Shown here: piece after piece, positions 11,935 to 25,544 of the stretch
How positions within the stretch are numbered: position 1 is the stretch's first letter
Layout: each line of letters begins with the position of its first letter
Source of the DNA: Octopus bimaculoides
Lineage: Eukaryota
NCBI RefSeq assembly: GCF_001194135.2
Contig: NC_068982.1
Span: forward strand, 157,769,306-157,833,305
Direction of reading: 5' to 3'
DNA: 64,000 nucleotides
The notes under the pieces: generated by a model
Database searches by the model: none
Seen by the model: the letters and a program-made list of their open reading frames with translations, nothing else
What the model was told of the DNA's origin: nothing
Position numbers and translations under genes: made by a program

Positions 11935-13515
11935 ATAACGAGCTTAAATTCAACCTCAGGCCCTGAAGGAATTTTGGTAATTCTTTTAAAAATGCAAAGG
12001 GGCTCAAGTAAGACCACCCTAGATCCTCTTCCAAATCTTCCTTGTCAGTGGTAGATTTCCGAGAAAGTTAAAGGAATAAATAATATCTCCAATCGATTAA
12101 GAAGGAAGTAGAGTAGATACTAAAAATCATAGGTTCGTGTCTTTAATCTCACGTATTAATTAAGTCGTGGAATGCATTGTTAGGATGTTGCTGATCATGT
12201 TCTTAGAAAATAATCCAAACTCTCCCTTATACTCAGCTTCGCTTTTACTCAGGAAGAAGCTGACTTACACGAATGCTGTGGTATTATGAGAGGGTGTTGA
12301 AACAACTTATGAATGGTCCAAACATGGATCTCATATATGTCGATTTTGGAAAAACCCTTGAGAAGGTTGAACGCTAGTTAATATGTCAGAAGCAACGCGG
12401 CTTCGGCTTAGTTGGAAAACTGGGAGAGTGGTTACATTATTTCTTAAGAGAGAAGACAGTCTATGGCAGTGAATAAGGCCCTCCCAAGAAGATATTAATA
12501 GCTTGTGCAGGGAACTGTTTGGGGGATGCTGTTGTTCTTTGTGGCTGTTTCACATGACATGAAGTACATAAACAGCCTCTCTAACTAGCTATGCCGACGA
12601 TACTAAAGTAGCACAAATAATCAAGTTTCCTCTCGAGGAGGCTAGTGTTCAACTAAAATATTTAGATATAAATGGGCTGAAGAAAACAGCATGCAATTTA
12701 ATGCATGAATATCCCAAATGTAGTAATATACCAAGTCAGCTAGTGCAAAAGTGCAGCAATACTAGAGTCAAACACTGTGCGTAACCTGAAGGTTGTTATG
12801 AGCAGCAATGTTTTGTTTCTTGTACATATCACCTAGATGGTGACAATGTATAGGCAAAAAAACCAAATGTAATCTCAGAAATTCAGGAAAATATGCAGGT
12901 GCTATGGAACGCATTTGTTCTCAGCCGTCTGGACTTCTATTCTAAATTATGGTCACACCACAGTGTTAAATTAATGGTGGAACTCGAGGCATTCCAGTGG
13001 AACTACACCAAAAAGATTGCATTAATGAAACAGTTGGGCTACTAGGAGACACTAAAGAAATTACGACTCTACTTCCTGTAGCAAAGACGGGCGAGATATG
13101 CGGTGATATACATAAGGGAGATCCTAAAGTAGCTGGTTCCATAATTTGGATGGAGAGTAATACAAGTCGCCGCAAGTTCGAGAGTTATACATGCTCCCGT
13201 TATACAAAACACCACTGCGGTGTTCCAGAAGTCCTGACCATCTCCATTCAAGTAAAGATCAGGTACTGCAATAAACTGGCATTCAAAACCCCTCAGCTAT
13301 TTAATATCTTGTGAAAATTCTTAAGAGATCTCCATGGACCTTCTGCTGTCAAAGATCTCGGATGAACCTACATCACAAGATGGAACTCAAATGTAGGCAG
13401 AAATATAAAACTCACTCCACCAAAAGCCACCTATATACATATGGCCACTGAAAAGGTGATGATACTAGTATTGTCTCAGCATATACAGTTGTACTCAAGT
13501 CTGTAAAGAAAAGGA
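11935..13515 (+). mobile_element. CR1-clade LINE, 5'-truncated and pseudogenised reverse transcriptase plus 3' end
   Basis: Frameshifted translation gives SGPEGILVILLK, MDLIYVDFGKTLEKV, GKLGEWLHYFL, SYADDTKV (YADD at 12590-12601), LWNAFVLSRLDFYSKLWS and LAFKTPQLFNIL. Many stops and frameshifts. Confidence 0.92.
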
Positions 13516-13947
13516 ACGGAAATTGTCAAGACTACAGCTGTTTCAAAACAAACATACTATATAACATTTGTAATGGTATAGGATAAGCATTCAGTGCTCC
13601 TTTTAAAACTGCTGTAATGCTTGTCTACTTCATCCATTCCTTTCATTTATAGACTTGATTCTCACATAATAATCAATATTTATTGCTTTCGAACACGAGT
13701 TGCATAGCGTCTATCATCATATCGGAATTTTTTCTCTAATCTCGATATGGGAGAAAGTGTATCTGATGAATTGATTAATAAACTTTGTTGATCAATCAAT
13801 TATCGATTCATTTTTATTTTCTCTACAAGCCTTGTTTATTATAGCTATTAATTAATATTTTTTCCACGACCAGCTGATTGATACTAATGTATTATGTGTG
13901 TGCGCGAGCGCGCGTGTGTCTATACACACATATATATGAACAAAATC

Positions 13948-13991
<44 letters not shown>

Positions 13992-14536
13992 CAATCCTCG
14001 ACTCTACAATTCTAGGCTTGAGCAATTGTTGCATCGTATGTTCATTAATATATAGCGAGAGGAATTTCGAAGACTGTGCAAAGACCATTGTGTGTGCGTG
14101 CGTGTATAAGTGTGTGTGTATGTGCGTGTGTGCGTGCGTGCGTATGTGTATGTATACGTGTGTTTATGTGTGCGCGCGTGTGAGTATGTATGTATGCATG
14201 TATGCATGTATGTATGTATGTATGTATGTAAGTATGCATGTATGTATGAATGCATGTATGTATGAATATATGTATGTACTTATACATACTATGCCAGGCC
14301 GCTCAAGATTGTTACAAATGTCATATAGTCCGCAACGACTTTCTTCATGGGGAAGGATAAATTGTGATATTAATTATTTTGACGAGTACAGGTGTAAGTT
14401 CTGAGGTGCAATGCTTGAATGACATATTGTCACGGCCATCAACCTCGATTGTTAGGAGGAACTGAAAGTAATTTTGAAAAATTTAGTGAAATGGGATGAG
14501 ATGAATTTGAAGGGGATTGGCTAAGGGTGTGTAGCA

Positions 14537-14575
14537 TGTCATCGTCGTCGTCGTCGTCGTAGTAGTAGTAGTAGC

Positions 14576-14628
<53 letters not shown>

Positions 14629-14676
14629 CAGTAGTAGTAGTAGTAGTAGTAGTGGCAGCAGCAGCAGCAGCAGCAT

Positions 14677-14740
<64 letters not shown>

Positions 14741-14760
14741 TGTTGTTGTAGTAGCAACAG
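14537..14760. repeat. Compound (CGT)(AGT)(GCA) trinucleotide array
   Basis: Directly visible. Confidence 0.95.
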
Positions 14761-14980
14761 TGGTAAAATACAGAAGAGAAGATAAGCTAGCTGGAGTGCG
14801 GAGACGTCAGCGTTTGGTGAAGGATTTTATTGTTCTTTTCCTTTATGACGGTGGTGTTGTTGTAGCTGCTGCCAGAGTTGTAGACGCTGTTCCTGGAGTA
14901 GTTGTTGTTCATCATGAAATAGTGTTGTTGTTGAAGATGTTGGTATTGCATGTACTATTTTTGTAGTCAATTTCTTATTT

Positions 14981-15185
14981 TTTCTTTTACTTGTTTCCGT
15001 CATTTCACTGCGGCCATGCTGGAGCACCGACTTTAGTCGAAGAAATCGATCTTAGGACTTATTCTTTCTAAGCCTAGCACTTATTCTATTGGTCTCTTTT
15101 GCTGAACTGCTAAGCTACGGGGACGCAAATACACCAACATCATTTGTCAAGCGATGGTGGGAGGACAAATACAGACATACAAACA
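14981..15185 (-). mobile_element. Family-B SINE, 3' half
   Basis: cttttacttgttt..gtcattt.actgcggccatgctggagcaccg..tttagtcga, near-identical to the copies at 29391, 52408 and 63011. Confidence 0.9.
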
Positions 15186-16182
15186 AGCCATGATGTTAAT
15201 TATCAGTTAAAGGGGAAAGATACTAAGAAACGTAAGATGCTAATACAGGGAAAATTTATTAGGGGCACGATGGAAGAACGTTTATAAACAATATTTTTAT
15301 GTTGTTTAAAATACAATTTAAGAATTCCAAATTGTTATCATAACCAAAATAGCTAAAAGGTATGTATGAATCAATTATAAACATTAAAAAGGTAGATTAT
15401 GTAGAATCAGTTTAATAGCCAATTTTGTACTTAATTAACTAATTATTAGATGGTTTCTATAAAGACTACTCAAGGAACCTACATACAGAATATATATATT
15501 ACCCAAAGAAATTCCAACTTTGATTTTCACGTTATATTTGGAATCTTATAATAATATAATATAATATGATATAATGAAATATAGAATATCAAATGTCCAT
15601 TTTGATTGAACTAGTACTTTCATGCATTAAACTATGCAATCTTCAAGTTCATGCAGTAGTGATGACAGTTATGTTTTACAATTTACAACTGTAGTGAGAT
15701 GGCTAAACTGTATGCCTTAAATACATTTGTATAGACTCCAGAATGTTAATTTTTGCAAACTGTATTCTGACCAATCAGTTTGTGGTTTTACTGAATTGCT
15801 TAAGTTGATTGGCATTTGGATTAGGCGTCACAGCTTGTTGAACATGTCAAGAGACTTGTATTTTGACCCTGGCCAAAGCAGTAATTGTTGGGATTTTTAC
15901 ATTGCAATTACAACCATCACCATTATCATCTCCTTTATTGTTGTTGTTGTTGTTGTTGTTGCTGCTGTTGTTGTTTTTGTTGTCGTTGTTGTTGTTGTTT
16001 GTGGTGATGGAGGGAGTAACTGTGGTAATAGAACTATAAACCCCAAAATGAGATTCTTTTTGCTCACTTTTCTCTTGACTAAGGTAGCATTTTCCTGCTA
16101 TCGTCATCATGAACATCTTTAGTATTGTTGTTGTTAATGGTAGTGGTCGTAGCAGTAGAAATAGTACCTCTAAGTATTAGTA

Positions 16183-16600
16183 TTATTGTTTATTTAGCTT
16201 GAGTTGGAATTTATTAATAAAGTTCTTTTCTCTGATTTTTCTTTCAATTTCACATGGACTGTGTAGTTTGTAGAATGGAAATATTATAGATATTTTCCGA
16301 TTACATGTTTTTGCTAGATGGTGACTCAAAAGAATCTGACGGACATCTGGGACTCTAATTTGCTGTCGGTGTACATTTCCAGTCTGACCTACATATAGGT
16401 TCTTCACAATTCGGACATTTGATGCAGTAAATTAAATTTCTGCTTGTACACTTCATACTAGCGTTTGTGAATATGTTTTCCGATTTTTGTGTTCATATAT
16501 CGGCCGGTATGCATGAATTGGCATGTGGCACATTGGCTATCATTGCATTTAGATACATTGAAACATTGATCTTTGTTGCTAATGTCAAACTTTGCCTTTG
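16183..16600 (-). mobile_element. Second Penelope-like (Neptune-type) remnant: Cys-rich linker plus GIY-YIG
   Basis: With two frameshifts: VSKCNDSQCATCQFMH...MKCTSRNLIYCIKCPNCEE/LYVGQTGN...HRQQIR...LSHHL...IIFPFYKL...REKNFINKFQLKLNKQ*. Confidence 0.88.
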
Positions 16601-16662
16601 TTAATAAAGTTTTGTGTCAAGTTGGGTTAAAACACTACAGAAATTTATGAAATTTATATATA

Positions 16663-16910
16663 GGTGGAGTCGCGTGGCTTAGTGGTTAGGGTGCCAGCAT
16701 CATCATCGTGAGATTGTGGTTTCGATTCCGGGACCGAGTGACGCGTTGTGTTCTTGAGCAAAACACTTCATTTCACGTTGCTCCAGTTCACTCAGCTGGC
16801 AAAAATGAGTAACGTTGCGATGGACTGGCGTCCCGTTCAGCTGGAGAACACATACGCCATTGAAACCGGGAAACCGGGCCCATGAACATGGCTAGGCTTT
16901 AAAAGGGCGC

Positions 16911-16914
<4 letters not shown>
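16663..16914 (+). mobile_element. tRNA-derived SINE, family C (CORE-like centre), apparently full length
   Basis: Pol III A box TGGCTTAGTGG (16675-16685), B-box-like GGTTTCGATTCC (16718-16729), central ttgtgttcttgagcaaaacactt, ending in (TA)n. Confidence 0.85.
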
Positions 16915-16969
<55 letters not shown>

Positions 16970-17554
16970 ATACACATACACACGTATTCTTACACACGCA
17001 TACTAACGCAAACACATAAACACTCATGCGCTAGCATAAACTAATATACAATCAAATTCATACTCACACGTTCGCACACTAACTTCGCCTCATTGATAAA
17101 TACATGCACAAAAAATACACAGAAGCACATGCACAAGCGCACACACATTCACAGACATGCACACACGCACACAAATATAAACACACATTAAAACAGACGT
17201 ACAGTCACCTTCCCACATACGCAACGTCACATTCACACTTATTGAAATTTAAATACACAGACACACACACACACACACACACACACGCTCACACGCACAC
17301 ACGCTGACACATACAAACATGCACACACAAATACACATACACGGGCACACCAACGCGCACAAAATCAACTTCTTAGAGTATGTGTGTGTGTGTACACGTA
17401 CACACGCACTAAGTAAGAGACAATCACAAATTTACATAATAAATTTCATGTAGATACATATCCGCACGTACGTGCGCGCGCGCCCGAACACACACATACA
17501 CACAAATACATACACGCACACAACCCCATACATATACTCACACATACATTCGCG

Positions 17555-17596
<42 letters not shown>

Positions 17597-18085
17597 TTTT
17601 ATGCACTAGCGCACGCAAGCCCATGTTATACTGTAAAACTTGATTTCCGTGGAAAATTTGTTATTTTCAGAACTGAACTGAGAGGCAAAAATGAAATGAA
17701 ATAAATGAAAAGTGGATGGAAGTACAAAGATGTAATTAACAGGACGGAAAGAGGAGGAAGGGGAGGAAGAGGAGGAGGAGGGGGAAAGCAAAGCGGTGAG
17801 TGGAATAGTAAGGGGAGGTAAGCGGGATGATAGTGTGGACTAAGAGTAAATAGTGTCTAATTAGAACCAAAAATTTCGAAAGCCGTAGCGGAGGGAGTTT
17901 CACGATCTCACCCCACACAACAAAAGATAAATATATAGATGAATAGATAAATAAATAAATACAACTGTTTTCTGCAGACACGTCTTAGTGGTTCACCAGT
18001 AGGTTTCCCTGATTAAGACGTCTCCACTCAAGACGCTCAAACGTCTACACATACACCTTATATACATACACACGTATACACACAC

Positions 18086-18152
<67 letters not shown>

Positions 18153-18164
18153 CATACATGCATG

Positions 18165-18206
<42 letters not shown>

Positions 18207-18698
18207 GTATGTTTGCATGTATACATACATATATGTATGTACGTATGTATGTATATAAGGTGTATATGTAAATGTTTGAACGTCTTGAGTAGCATATATA
18301 CATACATGCACACACATATACGTACATATATACATACATACATACATACATACATGCATACATACATACATACATGCATACATACATACATGCATACATG
18401 CATGCATACATACATACATAAATACATACATACATGTAGATGCGTACACACATGTACGTGCATATATTCACAACTGGATATGGACGGATGCGTGTGTACA
18501 AATATGCACATACCTGCGTGAGATGTGTGTGCATTTTAGGGACAAGCAAAGCACTTGCATGCTCGAACACACAGACATACGTAGTCTATCATCGTCGGTT
18601 TTTGCGTATGTTCGTGTGTGCTTGTGTGTGTTCACGTTTGGGCAAGCGTATCACTTCACACCTAGTGCATTGATTTGTCTGTCTGTCGCTCTCTCTCA

Positions 18699-18734
<36 letters not shown>

Positions 18735-18981
18735 ATATATATATATATATATAATCACTATCTCTGCTTCTCTCTCCCTCTGTTTCTCTCTCTCTTTCTC
18801 TCTCTCTCTTTCTCTCTCTGTCTCTGTCTGTCTGTCTCTCTCTCCGCATATGCATATGTCTGTGTGACTGTGTATGTGCGAGTGCGTGCGTGTGTGTCTG
18901 TGCTTGCTTGAGTATGTATATATGTGTGCGTATATATGCACATTTATATGCATAGAATGAGAAAGGCGTATTCAGTATAGT

Positions 18982-19028
<47 letters not shown>

Positions 19029-19939
19029 NNNNNNNNNNNNNNNNNNNNNNNNNNNNNNNNNNNNNNNNNNNNNNNNNNNNNNNNNNNNNNNNNNNNNNNN
19101 NNNNNNNNNNNNNNNNNNNNNNNNNNNNNNNNNNNNNNNNNNNNNNNNNNNNNNNNNNNNNNNNNNNNNNNNNNNNNNNNNNNNNNNNNNNNNNNNNNNN
19201 NNNNNNNNNNNNNNNNNNNNNNNNNNNNNNNNNNNNNNNNNNNNNNNNNNNNNNNNNNNNNNNNNNNNNNNNNNNNNNNNNNNNNNNNNNNNNNNNNNNN
19301 NNNNNNNNNNNNNNNNNNNNNNNNNNNNNNNNNNNNNNNNNNNNNNNNNNNNNNNNNNNNNNNNNNNNNNNNNNNNNNNNNNNNNNNNNNNNNNNNNNNN
19401 NNNNNNNNNNNNNNNNNNNNNNNNNNNNNNNNNNNNNNNNNNNNNNNNNNNNNNNNNNNNNNNNNNNNNNNNNNNNNNNNNNNNNNNNNNNNNNNNNNNN
19501 NNNNNNNNNNNNNNNNNNNNNNNNNNNNNNNNNNNNNNNNNNNNNNNNNNNNNNNNNNNNNNNNNNNNNNNNNNNNNNNNNNNNNNNNNNNNNNNNNNNN
19601 NNNNNNNNNNNNNNNNNNNNNNNNNNNNNNNNNNNNNNNNNNNNNNNNNNNNNNNNNNNNNNNNNNNNNNNNNNNNNNNNNNNNNNNNNNNNNNNNNNNN
19701 NNNNNNNNNNNNNNNNNNNNNNNNNNNNNNNNNNNNNNNNNNNNNNNNNNNNNNNNNNNNNNNNNNNNNNNNNNNNNNNNNTATGTGTGTATATATGTGT
19801 GTGTGTGTGAATGTGTAGATATAAGACATATGCAATTAGCCGCACAATTGTGAATAGAGTATTTATGCATACAATTAGAGATCTAATGTTATATATATTG
19901 TAATGAGACCAGAGGCCGAATTCATTCAGTCAACTGTAG

Positions 19940-20130
19940 TCTCCCCCCTCTCTCTCTTCCTCTCTCTCTTCCTCTCTCTCTTCCTCTCTCTCTCTCTTCC
20001 TCTCTCTCTCTTCCTCTCTCTCTCTCTCTCTTCCTCTCTCTCTCTTCCTCTCTCTCTCTCTCTCTCTCTTCCTCTCTCTCTCTCTTCCTCTCTCTATATC
20101 TCTCCTTCGTTCTCTCTCTTTCTCTTTCTC
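19940..20130. repeat. (CT)n / CTCTCTCTTC microsatellite
   Basis: Directly visible. Confidence 0.95.
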
Positions 20131-21734
20131 TCACGAAAGTACATTGTAACACAATTTTAATAATGTAACTTACTGCTTAACATTTACTTATGTAAATTTA
20201 GATAAATATCTTTATATATTCTGAAATAAATATTCAGTTTTATTACAGAAAATATGTTACTGACAATTTGGGTCCAAATGATAATTTTATAAGAGCTGTG
20301 AATTTATGACTCAGTAAGCTTATCGGGGACCTAAAACTTAACTGGCATACAGGAACATATATAACGAGTGTGTCTGTGTGCGTGTGTGTTACAGTTTGTC
20401 TATATATACGTACTGTACACACTTTGACACCCCCCCCCCCCCCCCCACACACACACATAAACACACACAGAATCGCACACAAACAGAGTTGCACACACAC
20501 ATACATGTCTGTATATGTGCATTTGTGTGTGTATGTTTGTATGTGTGTGTGTTTGTGTGTGTGTGTGTGTGCGTGTGCATGCATGCATCATGACAACCAA
20601 AGCAGCACTTTTCCTCACTTTATATAATGGTCAACATATATTAATATTTCGGCGTTAGAATAGCTTATTCATAGCTGGCTAGATAAACAAACAAACGACA
20701 GTTATAACAAGCAAACACGAATTTAGCGTTAACTTTGTCGAACTCTCATTGTATTTCTAATGGGAAATATCTAAGCTTCCTCTGTTTCAAAGGACTGCAT
20801 AGCACATAGCATTGAGAAACATATCTCTTCGCTGTGTCTCAAGTAACCAGCAATAACAATAGATTTATGTATTCTTGCTGTACATCTTAATCTTTCATCT
20901 GTGTCACTCTCCGCTTCTATTTCTCTCAACATAATCGTTGTGTATTTGATCTCCCCACACTACCTTAAGATAGCCTCTCTATGCATGCACACACATATAC
21001 GTCTATGTATATGCGATATGTGTTTGTATGGATGTGTATGTGTATGCATAAATATATATCAACTAAATCTTAATTCATTACATATATACCACAAATCCCA
21101 AAGACGGTTGTGGGTTTCGTATCAGAGAAACTGTACGCGAGACTGCATTAATTATTTTGCTTTTTCTTCAGATGGTAGGTGCGAATTGATATAAATATAG
21201 AGAAAGCTCCTTCGTTGGCTTTGAGCGTGCTTAGTTGTTGGTCAGATTTAAAACATCATGTGGATTACAGTTATTATTATTGGTATAGTAAATTTGACAC
21301 TGCTACATAGCCCCACGCGTGGTTATTTTGCTTGTAGCTGGATATTTTATAGTTTCTTTTTATGTTTAGAATCTTAAAGATCGCGAGTGATTGTTATATA
21401 ACTCAAAATGGCAGAATAGAAATCCTTTTGGACACTAATGTTAAGGAATGAAGTTTCCACAAAGACCAAGATATGTTATGATGCATTTCTGTTTTAGTTG
21501 TAGTTTATACTTGACTAACGTATAGTTATGCTTGTCTGAACGAAAACATGTGTTTTATCAACATGCTATTGAAAGAGTTTTCTTCGAGTTTCGTATAATC
21601 TATTTTAAATCATTATCAGGCAGTTTCTGTACACTAGTGTGATTATTCATTGTAAGAGCCTTGATAGTGAGTAAACAGAGTACGACATAACTGAGTCTGC
21701 AATCAAATAGATATCTTTGATTAGTCAGTGTATA

Positions 21735-21920
21735 TATAGATCGCTAGCCGCTAAACCTTTCTATTTACTCTCCCTGTTTATTTCTGTATTCCTTTCTGTC
21801 GAAGAGCGTAGGCTCGAAATGTAAAAGACTTTCTCACTTCCCGAGCGTTAAACTAATACATCTGCTTGTTGTTTCCACACCCGTGTTCGTCTTTTTTTTT
21901 TGTAAATTCTCACTATATAT
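21735..21920 (+). mobile_element. Probable Penelope-like terminal-repeat fragment carrying a hammerhead-like motif
   Basis: Contains CTTT-CTGTCGA-A-GAG(CGTAGG)CTC-GAAAT-GTA-AAAG at 21792-21827. The PLE assignment is inferred from the motif only. Confidence 0.4.
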
Positions 21921-22012
21921 TCTTTTATTCGTTTCAATCATTTTAACTGCGGCCATGCTGGAGCACCGCCTTTAGCCGAGCAAAACGACCCCATGACTTA
22001 TTCTTTGTAAGC
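21921..22012 (-). mobile_element. Family-B SINE 3' end, cut by a gap
   Basis: actgcggccatgctggagcaccgcctttag. Confidence 0.9.
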
Positions 22013-22880
22013 NNNNNNNNNNNNNNNNNNNNNNNNNNNNNNNNNNNNNNNNNNNNNNNNNNNNNNNNNNNNNNNNNNNNNNNNNNNNNNNNNNNNNNNN
22101 NNNNNNNNNNNNNNNNNNNNNNNNNNNNNNNNNNNNNNNNNNNNNNNNNNNNNNNNNNNNNNNNNNNNNNNNNNNNNNNNNNNNNNNNNNNNNNNNNNNN
22201 NNNNNNNNNNNNNNNNNNNNNNNNNNNNNNNNNNNNNNNNNNNNNNNNNNNNNNNNNNNNNNNNNNNNNNNNNNNNNNNNNNNNNNNNNNNNNNNNNNNN
22301 NNNNNNNNNNNNNNNNNNNNNNNNNNNNNNNNNNNNNNNNNNNNNNNNNNNNNNNNNNNNNNNNNNNNNNNNNNNNNNNNNNNNNNNNNNNNNNNNNNNN
22401 NNNNNNNNNNNNNNNNNNNNNNNNNNNNNNNNNNNNNNNNNNNNNNNNNNNNNNNNNNNNNNNNNNNNNNNNNNNNNNNNNNNNNNNNNNNNNNNNNNNN
22501 NNNNNNNNNNNNNNNNNNNNNNNNNNNNNNNNNNNNNNNNNNNNNNNNNNNNNNNNNNNNNNNNNNNNNNNNNNNNNNNNNNNNNNNNNNNNNNNNNNNN
22601 NNNNNNNNNNNNNNNNNNNNNNNNNNNNNNNNNNNNNNNNNNNNNNNNNNNNNNNNNNNNNNNNNNNNNNNNNNNNNNNNNNNNNNNNNNNNNNNNNNNN
22701 NNNNNNNNNNNNNNNNNNNNNNNNNNNNNNNNNNNNNNNNNNNNNNNNNNNNNNNNNNNNNNNNNNNNNNNNNNNNNNNNNNNNNNNNNNNNNNNNNNNN
22801 NNNNNNNNNNNNNNNNNNNNNNNNNNNNNNNNNNNNNNNNNNNNNNNNNNNNNNNNNNNNNNNNNNNNNNNNNNNNNNNN

Positions 22881-23222
22881 CCGAGGTCGACTTTGCCTTT
22901 CGTCCTTTCGGGGTCGATAAATTAAGTACCAGTTGCGCACTGGGGTCGATCTAATCCACTTAATTCCTTTGTCTGTCCTTGTTTGTCCCCTCCACGTTTA
23001 GCCCCTTGTGGGCAATAAAGAAATAAGAAACGTTAGCACGCCAGGCGAAGTGTTTCATGGTATTTCGTCTGTCTTTACGTTCTGAATTCAAATGCCACCG
23101 AGGTCGACTTTGCCTTTCATCCTGTCGGAATTGATAAATTAGGTACCACTTGCGTACTTGGGTCGATCTAATCGGCTGCCCCCTCCCCCAAAATTTCAAA
23201 TCTTCTGCTTAGAGTAGAAAAG
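22881..23222 (+). mobile_element. Family-A SINE head-to-tail dimer
   Basis: Two bodies (ccgaggtcgactttgcctttc...) joined at ...aataaagaaataag|aaacgttagcacgcc (23027/23028). Confidence 0.9.
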
Positions 23223-23486
23223 ACTATTTAACAGTTTAATTTCATCAAATAATTTGATCGATTTCATGGATATAGGAAAACCGATACATACATAATCAAA
23301 TAAAGGAGCTAATATTGTTATTACTGAGAATATGATTGTTGTTATTGCTTTTCAGTTGTTGTTTTACTTACGCTCCTATTGTTACTAACGTTATTTATTT
23401 TCTATTCCATCAGATATGCCGACATTCATATACGCGCATACATTTAAATCACTCACTTATCTCCCTCTCTCTCTCTCTCTTTCTGA

Positions 23487-23546
<60 letters not shown>

Positions 23547-24358
23547 GTCTGTCTGTCTGTCTATCTATTTATCTACCTGNNNNNNNNNNNNNNNNNNNNN
23601 NNNNNNNNNNNNNNNNNNNNNNNNNNNNNNNNNNNNNNNNNNNNNNNNNNNNNNNNNNNNNNNNNNNNNNNNNNNNNNNNNNNNNNNNNNNNNNNNNNNN
23701 NNNNNNNNNNNNNNNNNNNNNNNNNNNNNNNNNNNNNNNNNNNNNNNNNNNNNNNNNNNNNNNNNNNNNNNNNNNNNNNNNNNNNNNNNNNNNNNNNNNN
23801 NNNNNNNNNNNNNNNNNNNNNNNNNNNNNNNNNNNNNNNNNNNNNNNNNNNNNNNNNNNNNNNNNNNNNNNNNNNNNNNNNNNNNNNNNNNNNNNNNNNN
23901 NNNNNNNNNNNNNNNNNNNNNNNNNNNNNNNNNNNNNNNNNNNNNNNNNNNNNNNNNNNNNNNNNNNNNNNNNNNNNNNNNNNNNNNNNNNNNNNNNNNN
24001 NNNNNNNNNNNCCCACACGCACACACACACACACATATATATTCACATATGAATATATATACACATATATATATACAAACACACACACATATAAAAATAT
24101 ATATATAAATATCAGTACATGTGCATGGTTACACATACACACACATGCGCACGCGGGCGCACACACACACACATATATAGGAATGTACACATATAAATGT
24201 ATGTGTTCGTTATACTGCATACGTGTGTTAATGTGCTTCTGAATGTGTACACATGTGGAATGTCTATGTGTGTAGTCTTTGCGTGCGCATATGTTCGTGC
24301 ACGCAAATGTACATACATGTGTATGGGCCCACGCGTTTACGTGTATGCTCGTATCTAC

Positions 24359-24399
<41 letters not shown>

Positions 24400-24628
24400 C
24401 GCGCGTGCGCATTTCGCAACGGTTTTTCTCAAACTTTTGCCACTTCACATTAAATGGATATCAATGAGCTTTTAATTGTCGGTTTTATAAAACATCAATT
24501 CAATTAGACAGATTGAAATCAGTCGGTTTTATACGGGAATACTGATGAAGAAAAATACACTTCATGAACGTATGTGCATCGACGTATTCACACACANNNN
24601 NNNNNNATGAACGTGTGTGCATCGACGT

Positions 24629-24672
<44 letters not shown>

Positions 24673-25458
24673 TATATCACACGAACGCGCACGTAGACTC
24701 TCATACAAACATTTACTACATTTGTTGTCTTATAGATATTGAGAGATGTCCACAGTGCACCGTACATACACACATCCACGGATGTGCACACGTACAGGCA
24801 GACATCAGTAACGTTGGAAACGAATGAGGGTTCAAAAAATTATTGAGAAAATGCCCTAATAAAAAATCATATATGCACACATATATACATATGCGTGTGT
24901 GTGAGTGTGTGTGTACATACCTGCATATATATATATGTATGAATGGATGCATGTATGTATGTATTTGTATGTGTGTGTATGTATGTATATATATATATAT
25001 ATATATNNNNNNNNNNNNNNNNNNNNNNNNNNNNNNNNNNNNNNNNNNNNNNNNNNNNNNNNNNNNNNNNNNNNNNNNNNNNNNNNNNNNNNNNNNNNNN
25101 NNNNNNNNNNNNNNNNNNNNNNNNNNNNNNNNNNNNNNNNNNNNNNNNNNNNNNNNNNNNNNNNNNNNNNNNNNNNNNNNNNNNNNNNNNNNNNNNNNNN
25201 NNNNNNNNNNNNNNNNNNNNNNNNNNNNNNNNNNNNNNNNNNNNNNNNNNNNNNNNNNNNNNNNNNNNNNNNNNNNNNNNNNNNNNNNNNNNNNNNNNNN
25301 NNNNNNNNNNNNNNNNNNNNNNNNNNNNNNNNNNNNNNNNNNNNNNNNNNNNNNNNNNNNNNNNNNNNNNNNNNNNNNNNNNNNNNNNNNTATTACACCA
25401 ATAGTAATATAAACATCAGTGATGAAATTATTCATAATAAAAAATATCAATGACAACA

Positions 25459-25459
25459 A

Positions 25460-25544
<85 letters not shown>

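Noticed and set aside
16675-16729. tRNA genes at A/B-box pairs (also 37013-37060 and the family-B heads)
   Set aside because: I could not fold a complete cloverleaf, and each continues into a SINE body.
18008-18050. CTGATTA...CAAACGTC hammerhead-like string
   Set aside because: Both core segments are mismatched and there is no stem I; compatible with chance.
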